Positions 1 through 10,648 of a DNA stretch of 64,000 nucleotides are shown piece after piece. Positions within the stretch are counted from its first letter, which is position 1, and every line of letters begins with the position of its first letter. The translations under genes were made by a program, and so were the position numbers. Source of the stretch: Octopus sinensis (lineage: Eukaryota); the NCBI RefSeq assembly GCF_006345805.1, contig NC_042999.1, positions 6,200,001-6,264,000 of the forward strand, in the 5' to 3' direction. Below the pieces are notes generated by a model. That model did not search any database, was not told where the DNA came from, and saw only the letters and a list, made by a program, of their open reading frames with translations.

Positions 1-288
1 TAAAAAGCAACATTTTCTTTCTTTCTTACAACTGCTGGCATATTTGGAAAACGGTCACATGTAAAATTAGACTCTATGAGAGTGTGTGTGTGTGTGTGTA
101 ATGTCCAGTGCTTAACTAGTTGGTACTTCTTGAACTGAAAAAGAATGGTCAGATATAAGTGGTCAAGATAAACATTTTCTGTTCTTGTAAAGGTTGTAAA
201 AGTCAAGAGTACCAAAAAAGTCCGTCATAAATGGAGCAGTACTTGGGATCTTACGATTCCATCAATGGTCAATCTATACAAACTTGTC

Positions 289-324
<36 letters not shown>

Positions 325-519
325 CACCCATTGACCAAAAATATATGTTGAAGTCATATAAACTTGAAAATAATTAAGATTATGCCAGTATTGGTCAAAG
401 GTTACAAAAGCTGTTTTGGAAAGAAAAAGTAGCCTGATTAGAACCTGCAACCGATGGACTTGTTTGGAATAATTACGTTTAAAACTTAGTTGAATATATG
501 TTGTGTACGAGGTTGCATC

Positions 520-880
520 ACATAATAATAATAATAATAATGAAATTATTGTATACAGTGCTCAGGTGCACCACAACTTGTTCAAAAGTGCATATAAAGC
601 ATATGCATTAATGTACAAATGTCTGGAAAGCGAACAGTGTATGAGTCAGATACATGCTTGTGTGTGTATGGAGGGGAGAAAATCAAGTGTAGTGTTGGCG
701 AATCTCAGAAAGCATGGAAGTTTTGAAGGATGCAGTGCTCCGACAACTAACAACTGATGCTGGCAGTTTGTTCCATGCTTCAGCAACTCTCAGCGTGAAG
801 ACAAACTAAAGGATTCGTTGGTCCAGGATCCATTCCAGTGTTGCTGATGCAGTCATCTCTATAAAAATGTTGTTGGTAGC
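520..880 (-). mobile_element. CR1/L2-type LINE 3' fragment with (ATT)n tail
   Basis: Minus frame FTLRVAEAWNKLPASVVSCRSTASFKTSM (CR1 ORF2 C-terminal WNxLP..VV...S...FK motif), then a UTR ending in TAA repeats at 520-541. Confidence 0.8.
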
Positions 881-986
881 AATAATTAAATATTGTTTTT
901 ATTATTTCTAATTTTCTTTGTAAGAGCTAGAAGGGGACAATCTGAAGCTATTTTTTGGCTCTAAACTCAGTGGTTTGTTTTTGTAG

Positions 987-1064
987 GACAACACAAGTTG
1001 CAGTGCTTTAGTTACCGACATACAACAGATACGGCAGCAAATCCAAACTGCTATGAACAACACA
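987..1064 (+). CDS. EEF1D: EF-1 delta exon (first in window; gene is 5'-partial): DNTSCSALVTDIQQIRQQIQTAMNNT
   Basis: ttgtag acceptor, gtgagt donor, 78 nt, phase 0-0. Resembles the EF1-delta N-terminal helix (human SVILRDIARARENIQKSL). In frame with the exon at 14019. Confidence 0.75.
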
Positions 1065-1319
1065 GTGAGTGTGACAACTTCTTCTTTAGTTGGTCTTCGT
1101 TGTAGTCCGTAAAATATATCACTGTGCCTTGCAGTAAATTTCACTTGAGTCTCTATGTTTTGTCTTCCCCTTTTGTTCCTTGCTATTCATCCAATTTCTC
1201 TGCTACCGTAAAGAGATAAAAATATACATGACCGTCTCCAGAGACAATTAATCCTCCCTCCCTCCCTCCCTCCTTGTCGATTTTGGGACTAAAATTGAAC
1301 CCTTAATACAAAGAATTTC

Positions 1320-1480
1320 AGAAATTTACCTCTTTTTTTTCACCAAATTCCTTAAACCATTGTAAGAATTCTTCTGATTTTTCAATGTCCTTACTGTAGA
1401 GAATTGCTAAACTCTCAGCAAGATGAATTTGTGGATACAGGTTCAAGTTCCGATGTGGTGCAGTGGTTCTAATGCTATAA
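1320..1480 (-). mobile_element. Degenerate LINE reverse-transcriptase remnant
   Basis: HLAESLAILYSKDIEKSEEFLQWFKEFGEKKEVNF resembles a decayed (Y)ADDLAIL...LQ......G...VN RT segment. Confidence 0.35.
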
Positions 1481-2880
1481 TATTCTACAGAACAGATATG
1501 TGCGGAACCATACGTCACTTTAGGATAGAATTTCTATTAAAGGCAAAAGAACTGGTCAGAGCTGATATATAACATTACAAACCCAATCAGTGATTGGCAT
1601 TTATTGGTAGATTATCCAGTGATCAATTATTTATGTTATAGGAAAGATAGACAGTTAATTAGTGAAAGTTAACGATCAATGGATGCTTGTCATTAATTCA
1701 GCAAAAGTCTTTTGCAACGTAAGTGATAAGAAATGGTTCTAATTAAGGCAGAGATGGTGACCACCTTGCTGAGAGTTATTCCATAGAGTTTAGCCTAAAA
1801 CCATCTTTATTGAAGACACCTCTGAAAGGTGTGGGGTACCTCAAAACGGTAGAGGAGTAGGAGCCAAAACCGGACGTGGTTCCTCCTGATGTCTTGAGCT
1901 AACTGGATCCTATAAAGGAGCTGTTGTGGTAGCAGACCACGAAACATGGTTGAAATTCCATTAAATATATGAAATGGAAATTTTCCCTCGCTTCAAGAAA
2001 GAAACTGTTACATAACTGTTTTTTGTATGTTTTGGTTGAAATATTACCAGGAATTGTTGGCCAGGTTCATTTTAGGCCATCATTCTATTTCCAGTGAAAA
2101 TTGATCCCTATTTTAAGAAATTATGTTGCATTTTTTTTTCCTGCTATGGGATGGGGAATAATATCACAGCAGATGGTGTGGGACCCTTGGTGTGAATTGT
2201 TCAAGACATGTAGCAAAGACAAAGGCTTTGGCGTTAGGCTGCAGCACATGTGGCTTTATGATGTGCTCAAATTATTACATCATCATAAGATGTTAATTAA
2301 TAATAATAAGACATTAATTTGTATTGGTTTACCATTATTACTTGATGATGATGTGGTTGACAATGGTTAATTAGTGTTCTCATGTCATTATTAATGTAAT
2401 TATCACTAGGAATAATTGGAAAAGGGGGATAGGACTATTTACCCTGACAACTCAATGGCAGATATTTAAATTTTCTGAAATCCATTGTTTGAAAAAAAGT
2501 TTAGTAAATCCGTACACAGCCTACCTCATAAATTTTGAGTAGAGAATTTGGATTTTCACTGGTAGCATTTATTCAGGTGGTGGAATGGTAGGATTATTAG
2601 CATGCCAGACAAAATGCTCAGTGGAATTTCTTCTGACTCTTTATATTCTGAGTTCAAATCCTACCAAGGTCCACTTTCCCTTTCATCCCTCCAGGGGTTG
2701 ATTTGACTTGCTCCCCCAAGCTTACTGGTCTTGTGCCAAAATTGTTATAAGGAAGTCTATTTGTGAAGTCAGCATCGATTAAAGCTAGATTTATGAATAA
2801 ATTATTGGAAGCCATTTCAGTATAGTCATTAGGTTGAGTAAAATAAAGAATAAAAGTGGCTGCCGAATTCCCTCTGTAAG

Positions 2881-3278
2881 ATCAAAATCGAATCCTAATC
2901 AAATGGAAATTGTAGTTGTGGCTGATGCCAGTGCCACCTGACTGGCTCCCCATGCTGGTGGCATGCAATAAGCATCATTCATGCATCAGTCATTGCCAGT
3001 GCCGCCTGACTGGCTCCCTGTGCTGGTGGCACGTAAAAAGCACCATCTGAACGTGGCCAATGCCAGGCCCACCTAACTGGCTCCCATGCTGGTGGCACGT
3101 AAAAAGCACCCACTACTCTTTCTCTCTTGGAGTGGTTGGCGTTAGGAAGGGTATCCAGCTGTAGAAACACTGCCAGATCAGACTGGAGCCCGGTTCAGTT
3201 TCCTGGCTTGCCAGTCCGCAGGCAAACCGTCCAACCCATACCATCATGGAAAATGGACTTTAAACGATGATGATGATT
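2881..3278 (+). mobile_element. RTE 3'UTR/tail fragment, representative of about 35 copies in the window
   Basis: Shared AAAGCACCCACTACACTC...GGAAGGGCATCCAG...CCAACCCATGCTAGCATGG...TTAAAC(GAT)n. Other copies at about 4043-4560(-), 9655-9959(+), 15045-15330(-), 16110-16555(-), 19520-19727(+), 20870-21300(+), 30890-31412(+), 31840-31990(+), 39100-39268(+), 43480-43675(+), 45085-45328(+), 50555-50830(-), 54005-54272(+), 54628-54785(+), 55890-56210(+), 56600-56750(+), 57478-57713(+), 59208-59545(-), 60125-60310(+), 62935-63300(+), 63660-64000(-). Confidence 0.85.
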
Positions 3279-5109
3279 CTTTAAACCTAATTTCATTTTT
3301 TTTTTTGTTTTATTTTTTAAGTTTTCTAAAAAATAATTCAATTTTTATATTCTAAGTTCTTACAACACACTGAAATAGAAAAACGGTTCCACTGTTTAAA
3401 TTGCCAAACAGGAACCCTCTATACACTAACATAGACTGATGCTAAAACTTAAGATTTAACACTGAAATTTGGAACTCCTCATCATCATCACTGCCATCTT
3501 CCATGCATGCATGGGTTGGACGGTTGGCAGGAGCCGGCCGGGTAGAAAAATTACCCCAGGAATTGTAACCATTTATTTACCGTTTGGAAGTCGTAAAATA
3601 TATAAAAACCGTTTGATTAGTGATTAGTGAACACCTTTGCATTTTACGACTTTGACTATTGTATGGTAACTTGGCAGAAACAGGTGAGTCTTGGACAAAA
3701 TACTTTACAAACTGATATTCCTCACTTCTGGATTCTAACTTCAGATTCATCTCCTCATTTCTTGAGAATAAGCAGCCAATTCCATTCACTTGACCCTTCC
3801 TCTGCAAGAGTGGTTCTTATCCATAATCAAAAGAATTCACTTTTTGTTTTTGATATATACATTGTTCAGTGTTAAGTCTTCAGAAAAGTCTATGGCTTGA
3901 GTGAGGAATTTGCTTTTACGTTACCATTATGCATTATGATGACAATGACGGCTGTTGCTGGTTTATCGCATCTGATGACGATCTGTTGATTCCGTTTTAC
4001 CATATTTTCATAACTTCACCAAAATACTGTTATGATGAAATCATCATCATCATCATTGTTTAATGTCCGCTTTCCATGGTAGCATGGGTTGGATGAATGA
4101 CTGAGGGCTGGCGAACCAAATGGCTGCACCAGGCTCCAATCTTGATCTGGCAGAGTTTCTACAGTTGGATGCTCTTCCTAATGCCAACCACTCCAAGAGT
4201 GTAGTGGGTGCTTTTACGTACCACCGACACGAGGGCTAGTCAGGTGGTACTGGCAACGACCTCGCTCGAATCTTTTTACACATGCCACTGGCACAGGTGC
4301 CAGTAAGGCAATGCTGGTAACGATCATGCTCGAATAGTGTCTTTCACGTGCCACCGGCACGGAGGCCAGATAGCTGCTCTGGCAGCGATCACACTTGGCT
4401 GGTGCTCTTAATACCCTGCTAGCACGGAGCTCGAGTGCCACTAAGGCGGTGCTGGTAATGATCACGCTCGAATGGTGCCTTTTAAGTGCCACTGGCACTG
4501 AAGCCGGTTAGCTGCTCTGTCAATGATCACACTCGTATGGTGCTCTTTGCACCCTGCTGAATCACAGTAATATTACAAGGTGAAATTAGCTTTGGAAAAG
4601 AAATTCAGGATTTAGTTTGGATAATGGATTCAACAGAGTGTTGGAGAAAATGGTTAAGATTTAGTTCCATCCACTTAAATTCTGATCAATAAAGTATCAA
4701 TTGGTCAAATTCTGTGATTGATTTCGTCAACTGTTCTAAAATATGTTACTTACTGCCAAAGTATTTGTTATAGCTTATCATGGTTTATATTATAATTGAA
4801 AATACAAAATATTAGACTTGTGTTATAATATTCTTTCTAATTTTGGCACAAGGGAAGGGAGCAAGTACTTGACAAAAGGATGAACAGCAAAGCTAGCCAT
4901 CATGGGATTTGAACTCACAATTTAAAGAGTTGGATGAAATACCCCTGAGCATTTTGGCTGATACACCAACTATTCTACCGGCTCACTGCCTTGTGTTTTG
5001 TTATAATATATTAGCTTACACTAGTTTAGTGCCAGTTATATTGTAGCATAAATTATTCAATGTGAATTTGGTTACTGAGTTACCATCCATTAAAAAAAAA
5101 ATTAATCTA

Positions 5110-5395
5110 CGAAGCAATTGCCCCAGGTCCCCTTCAGGGTTGGCGAAAGTGATGTGGTGGACAAAGAAAAACCTGGCTAATGACAGTCAAGGCTGATCTG
5201 GAACCCAACCTAGGCCCCCATATCTCCAGCGTTCGCTGCTGGAATAAAGAGTGGTTGGAGATCACACGGTCGTTAGCCTCAAATCGCCAGGCCTGGTCGG
5301 CGTTTGTGAGAGATGCAGCATTGAGGGTGAGTGAAGCCAGCTCAACCCACCCTGGGTGAATGCTGTCTCAACACAAGACAAGAAGAGTTACCATT
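5110..5395 (+). mobile_element. RTE-clade LINE 3' fragment
   Basis: GGQRKTWLMTVKADLEP..GP...WNKEWLEITRSLASNRQAWSAFVRD...STHPG* ORF2 end. Confidence 0.7.
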
Positions 5396-6674
5396 CATAG
5401 TAACAGTTGTGTAGTTACCATTCCTGGTAAGCAATAAAGACTAGGGTAGCAGAAGTAATCCGAGTTGAATGTCTTATTAACATTATTAGAATCTTAATGT
5501 CATTGTCTTTAATCGTCAATTTCCTAAGTCTAGCTAATAATTAGACATTAAAAGTAGTTTGGAATCCAAATATATTTGTTGGCCATGTATATAATTAGTA
5601 ATATTAAAGAGTAAAAAATATTTGTTAGAGGTTGAGACAATATTAACGACATTATTAATTGACCCCATCTTTCTTGGTGCAAATACTTGGATTGCTTTTG
5701 ACTTGAAACCCTAATGCTTAACTCTAATCTGAAACTTTTGCAAGCTTTTTTCCTTCTACTCATACAACAACATTCTCTTCATATAAATGCACTTCAACTT
5801 GCACTTGACAATTCCTTTCTCTCTTTTGCCAGTATTTGACTTTGGTGTCAGGGGTTGGTCCAGCACGTTAATATTTAGTATAAACTCCGAGGAAAAACTT
5901 TTGAAGATTTTTTTACTACTAAATCATTGAATCCTACACGTTTACGTCATTCTCTTTTATTTTAAAGTTGTTAATTAGAATAATTTACCAATTACAATGG
6001 AATAAATGGAAATCAGTTGAGAAGACGAAACTCTGTGAATATTTCACTGTAGCTTCAACTAATTATAATTTTAGTGAAATTAATAAATAGCTACAATTTC
6101 AGTCAAAGGTTTCTCTAATAATTGCCATTTTGCAATTTATTTTTTTTACCATTTTGCGAAGGAATTCTCTGCTGCATGTTGAGTAGAATGTTTGAATCCG
6201 ATAATCAAGATCTAATGCTTGAAAAAGAGGGTTTTCCAGGTTGATACACTGTATTGGATGTAACGTCAAGTTTGGGAGGTTAACCCTTTTGATACTAACC
6301 TACCTGGCACTTGCTCCTCATTCTAAAAACTTTCATCAATAGTTCACGTTAATTGATGTTCAAAATACCTGTTTAAATGGGACAAACTTGGTTTACTGAA
6401 TTCTTCGTTATTTTCAAAGTTAATTGAAACAAAAGCAGTGTGTTACGACAGGAATATTGTAAGAAGAGGGTTAACAGGAAAATATGGATGCAGTTGGCTG
6501 GTTTGGTTAGCCTGGTCTTTTGGTAGTTGGACAAGAATTGAAGAGTTTATTGATCTGATTGATAGCTTTTAAATATAGGCCTGGATATCAGTAGCTCTTT
6601 GGTTATCTTCATTTGAAAGGTTTACAGTAAAGACTAAAAGCACACTAACTCAGTTTTCACTGGTTTTATTACCA

Positions 6675-7055
6675 ACAACACTATGGCCCGGCATTGCTCG
6701 GGTTTGTTTCCTTTTTGACCCTTTAGAATTGGAATTTTTGAAAAGTAAAAATTTTGCATTATGTAGCTTGTGAACATTTTTCTGGTTGAAATACACAGAA
6801 AAATGGCAACACAGCAGTAAAAAAAATCGTAAAAAATAGGATTTTCATAGAAAAAAGCACCTTTTTGATGTAAATAATTTTTGGTGTTAACATGGTCCGA
6901 TTTGAATTTTTTCTTCTACGGAATGAAGAGCAAGCTTTCTTCTATCATACTCTCAATTTTTGTCAACTTGCGCTGCAGGGTCTCGGAGGAGATAGTGTTA
7001 GTTGAAGGCTACCAAACCTGCCATACACAGACAACCTCAGCTTTATACATAAAGA
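6675..7055 (-). mobile_element. Non-autonomous Helitron-like element
   Basis: Minus strand starts A|TCTTTATGTATAAA. Subterminal hairpin CCCGAGCAATGCCGGG at 6702-6687. Terminal CTAG is decayed. Confidence 0.6.
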
Positions 7056-8084
7056 TTAGTTTATAGACTTTATCCATTTTCTACAGCGCTCTCATGTTTT
7101 ACAATTATTTTCAAACTCAAAAGAATAAGTAAAACTACAATGTTATCCAAACTAGTTTCTTTGGACTTCATAAATCTGTCTTCAAATTTATCTTGAAATT
7201 CTATTGAAAGAGTTCTGAATCTCTCTACGATTGATAAGGATCTGAATGAGTAGGGTCACTGATATGAAGGAAATCCGTTTAAAGCATTGACTATCCCTCC
7301 CCACCCCCTGCTTCCCAAAACTTCAGGCTTTGTGCTTATAGTAGAAAGGATGATTGTTATTATTAAGGTGGTGAGCTGGCAGAATCGTTAGCATGCTGGG
7401 TGAAATGCTTAGCGCCATTTCTTCCGTTGTTACATTCTGAGTTCAAATTCCACTGAGGTCGACTTTGCCTTTCATCCTTTTGGGGGTCAATAAATTAAGT
7501 ACCAGTTATGCACTGGGGTTGATTTAATCGACTGGCTCCCCCCTCCCACCCAAATTTCAGCCCTTGTGCCTATAGTAGAAAGGATTATTATTATTATTAC
7601 TATTTGCTTTTGGGGACAACTCCTTCAGGGGTGATAAATTAGGTAATCAACTTATTCCTTCCTTGAAATTGCTGGCTTTGTGCCAAAATTTGAAACCGTT
7701 ATTTTTATTAACTAACACTGTGTTGCTAATTTATCCCCCCCAATCTGTTTCTGAAACTTTCTAATTAATCCGTTAAGAAATCTTAACTAAAATCTGCTCT
7801 GAAAACAAAATGTCTTCTTGTTGTTAACATTTTACTGCTTGCTGTTAATTATTATTATTATTATTATTGCATGATCGTTAAGTAAAGTTATTGTATTTTA
7901 AAGACACTGCTGGATTATTAACTTTTCACCTCTTTGCTGTTTCTTTCTGTTCTTCCGTTATGGTGTAACGAAGATTAAGGGTTCAGACGTCCAGTTCTTC
8001 CTTTTTGAAGACATTCATTATGTTGTTGATTAAAAATCTTTATTAATTGGGCAACAAACAAATTCTTTTTACCAACTCACAAGA

Positions 8085-8553
8085 TTAACCCTTTAGTGTT
8101 CAAACCGGCCATAACAGGCCCAAAATTTTCTACTTGTTTTATGTTGAAACTGGTCAGTCTGGCTGGCCTCTCACACCTACCCAACAATGTCGTTGGTAAA
8201 ATTTCATTGTTGAAATATACACTCACAAGGTTGAAATCATAAAGCTATAAGATAATGCGTGATTAAATTAAAACAATGTGAATAAGCAAACGTTACATTT
8301 GGCAGAATTATCTGAATGCTAAAGGGTTAACCCTTTAGTATTTAAACCAGCCATATCTGGCCAAAATATTTAATCTGTTTTATGTTCAAACTGACCAGAT
8401 CCAGGCCCTCACACCTACCCTACAATGTTATTCTACATTAAGTAATTACTCCATCAAGATCTTGAAGATATGAGATAATGCATGATTAATTCAAATCAAT
8501 GGGAATCAATAAGCATTATGTTTGATAGAATAATCTGAACACTAAAGGGTTAA
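8085..8553. mobile_element. Two tandem piggyBac-type MITEs (family F1) sharing a TTAA
   Basis: TTAA-CCCTTTAG...CTAAAGGG-TTAA ends; TTAA at 8085, 8327, 8550. Other F1 copies at 13585-13811, 27735-27953, 36346-36573, 46423-46651, 54893-55120. Partial copies near 21750, 35230, 40735, 41700, 58640. Confidence 0.8.
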
Positions 8554-10178
8554 ATGGATTAGTAAACTAGATAAAATGCCTTGTACTTCAAAACCTGCTT
8601 GAAAATCGTTCTTGAAGACCTGACCAAATTTACGGCAATCTGTCTTTAAAATCAGTTTAGCAGCATTTTCATTGCTTTCGTCCAAATTCACACCAGCCAC
8701 TGCTTTAATATATTTTATTCAGCTGTCGATCGTTGACTGTAGATAGATTTGCTGGCATTAAGGCTTATCACAGCACCTCATTCACAGCTAAATTTCTTTG
8801 TCTTGCATTTTCCATATTCCATTCTGTTTCTGCAAATGCTTTGCATGTCGTCTTTTGCTAATGTGAATGCATCGCATGTCGTCTTCCTTATTCTTTCACT
8901 AATCTTTGGCTCTGCTGTTTTCTCGTTAATTAAATGAATATTTGCTTTAATAATCTCAGTACTTTAATTTAAAAAAAAAAAATAAACAACTTTGTTTTAA
9001 TTACTGTTTGAAAAATGATTGCTAATTAATTGATTTCATGTCAGAAGTTCCAGTAAATCGTAAAGGAAAGTATCATAAATTAATTCATAAAATTATAGTT
9101 CGTTAACTGTTTTCAGTCTAAAAAAAATACATTTTAGTAATCAAAAGTTAATTTTAAAATAAATAAACTACTTAAATTTCAACGAGTTTAATTCCTATTA
9201 AAATAATTTCCAAAATCCATAATGGATTTTTTTTTTTATTAATTTATCAAAGACAATTTACATAAATGTTTATTCTATCAATTATTTCTTTCTTCCTACC
9301 ACTTTTTTTTTTTTTTTTGTAACTAGTTCCAAATCTCTACAATTCCTCGTATTTCTTGTAGAAAAAGTTATGCCTATTATGTTACATAATAAAACTCTAT
9401 ATTTTGAATTCAAGTCTAGTTTAGATTTTGCTTTATATTACCAGAAGGTTTATGGATTGGCAGACTCTGTGTGTGTTGTAGGTTCGGTGTCCCTGTGTGT
9501 TATAAAGAAAAGTTGGTGGCAAGCAGAGTTAGCTGCTTGTAAAACACCGCCTCAAAATCAGATTGGTTCGGCCAATCTAGAATTAATAGACAGACCTAAA
9601 CTTGTTAAACTATGTACCCATTCCATTACATTGTAAATTTATGTCGAATCTCTTCGCCTGTCAATGCAGCCATTATCAGGGGAGCCAGTGCCGCCTCAAC
9701 TGGCTTCTGTGCCGGTGGCACGTAAAATGCACCAATCCGACTGTGGCCGTTGCCAGCCTCGCCTGGCACCTGTGCAGGTGGCACATAAAAAGCACCCACT
9801 ACACTCACGGAGTGGTTGGCGTTAGGAAGGGCATCCAGCTGTAGAAACATTGCCAAATAAGACTGGAGTCTGGTGCAGCCTTCTGGCTTCCCAGATCCCC
9901 GGTCGAACCGTCCAACCCATGCTAGCATGGAGAACGGACGTTAAACGATGATGATGATGTACAAGAGATGACTTGGGTATATTGTCCCTTCTTTAATTTG
10001 TGGTTTTGTGCTGATGCAAGAAATTATATGGTGAATATTTAATGGTGGCACTTAATTTCTGAGAACTGAAAATAGAATCCTTATCTTGTATATCTATCTT
10101 TCTGCCTACCCCCCCATTTTATGTTCATTTTTTTTTTCCATCCTGCCATGTATTGAACAAGTATCACCTCTTATGATC

Positions 10179-10648
10179 TTAACCCATTCGTTACCAATCC
10201 GGCTGAAACCGGCTCTTGCTCTGAGTACAAATGTCTTGTTTTCATAAGTTCTGAATTAAAATCTTCCACCAAGCCTTAGTCACAATTTATGTTCCTAACA
10301 CTAGCTTAATGATAACTAAGTTATTTTACGAAATTCTTTGTTATATTTAAAATTAATTAAAGGAAACAGAGCATCTCAAAAGAAATATGGTAGCAAAAGA
10401 GTTAAAGTCACCATGATATTTTTGACCCTTTTGATACCAACCCGGCTGAAATCACCTTTGGCTCTGAGTACAAATGTCTTGTTTTATAAGTTCTGAATTA
10501 AAATCTTCCACCAAGCCTTAGTCACAATTTATGTTCCTAACACTAGCTGAACGATAACCAAGTTATCTTACTAAATTCTTTGTTACATTTAAATTAATTG
10601 AAAGAAACACAGAGCATCTCAAAATAGATAAGGTAACGAATGGGTTAA
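10179..10648. mobile_element. Two piggyBac-type MITEs (family F2)
   Basis: TTAA-CCC(T/A)TT(T/C)G...AA(A/T)G(G/A)G-TTAA ends; copies 10179-10405 and 10422-10648. Partial F2 near 50420-50557; a related TTAA element at 6282-6475. Confidence 0.75.

Noticed and set aside
290-320. Poly(A) tail of a processed pseudogene on the minus strand
   Set aside because: No identifiable transcript body or TSD next to the T run.
1320-1480. Exon of a nested antisense gene (good-looking AG and GT on the minus strand)
   Set aside because: No partner exons were found, and the peptide fits a decayed RT motif better. Kept only as a low-confidence LINE remnant.
1805-1960. Further hammerhead-like motifs (CTCTGAA-AGGT..ACCT-CAAAAC; GTGGT..ACCAC-GAAAC)
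   Set aside because: The CUGANGA cores are incomplete. They may be decayed Penelope-type ends but cannot be supported from this copy alone.
3930-4040. Intronic C/D-box snoRNA (ATGATGA...CTGA); an H/ACA candidate at 14150-14230 was also considered
   Set aside because: No terminal stem or convincing box spacing, and no guide complementarity could be verified. Needs snoscan/snoReport.
8777-8960. Terminal exon of an antisense gene (acceptor, 60 codons, stop, AATAAA)
   Set aside because: Adjacent frames are broken by stops and no upstream exons were found. Treated as part of a decayed coding element.
9370-9636. 88-aa ORF as an extra EEF1D exon
   Set aside because: No EF1-family similarity and no phase-compatible strong donor.
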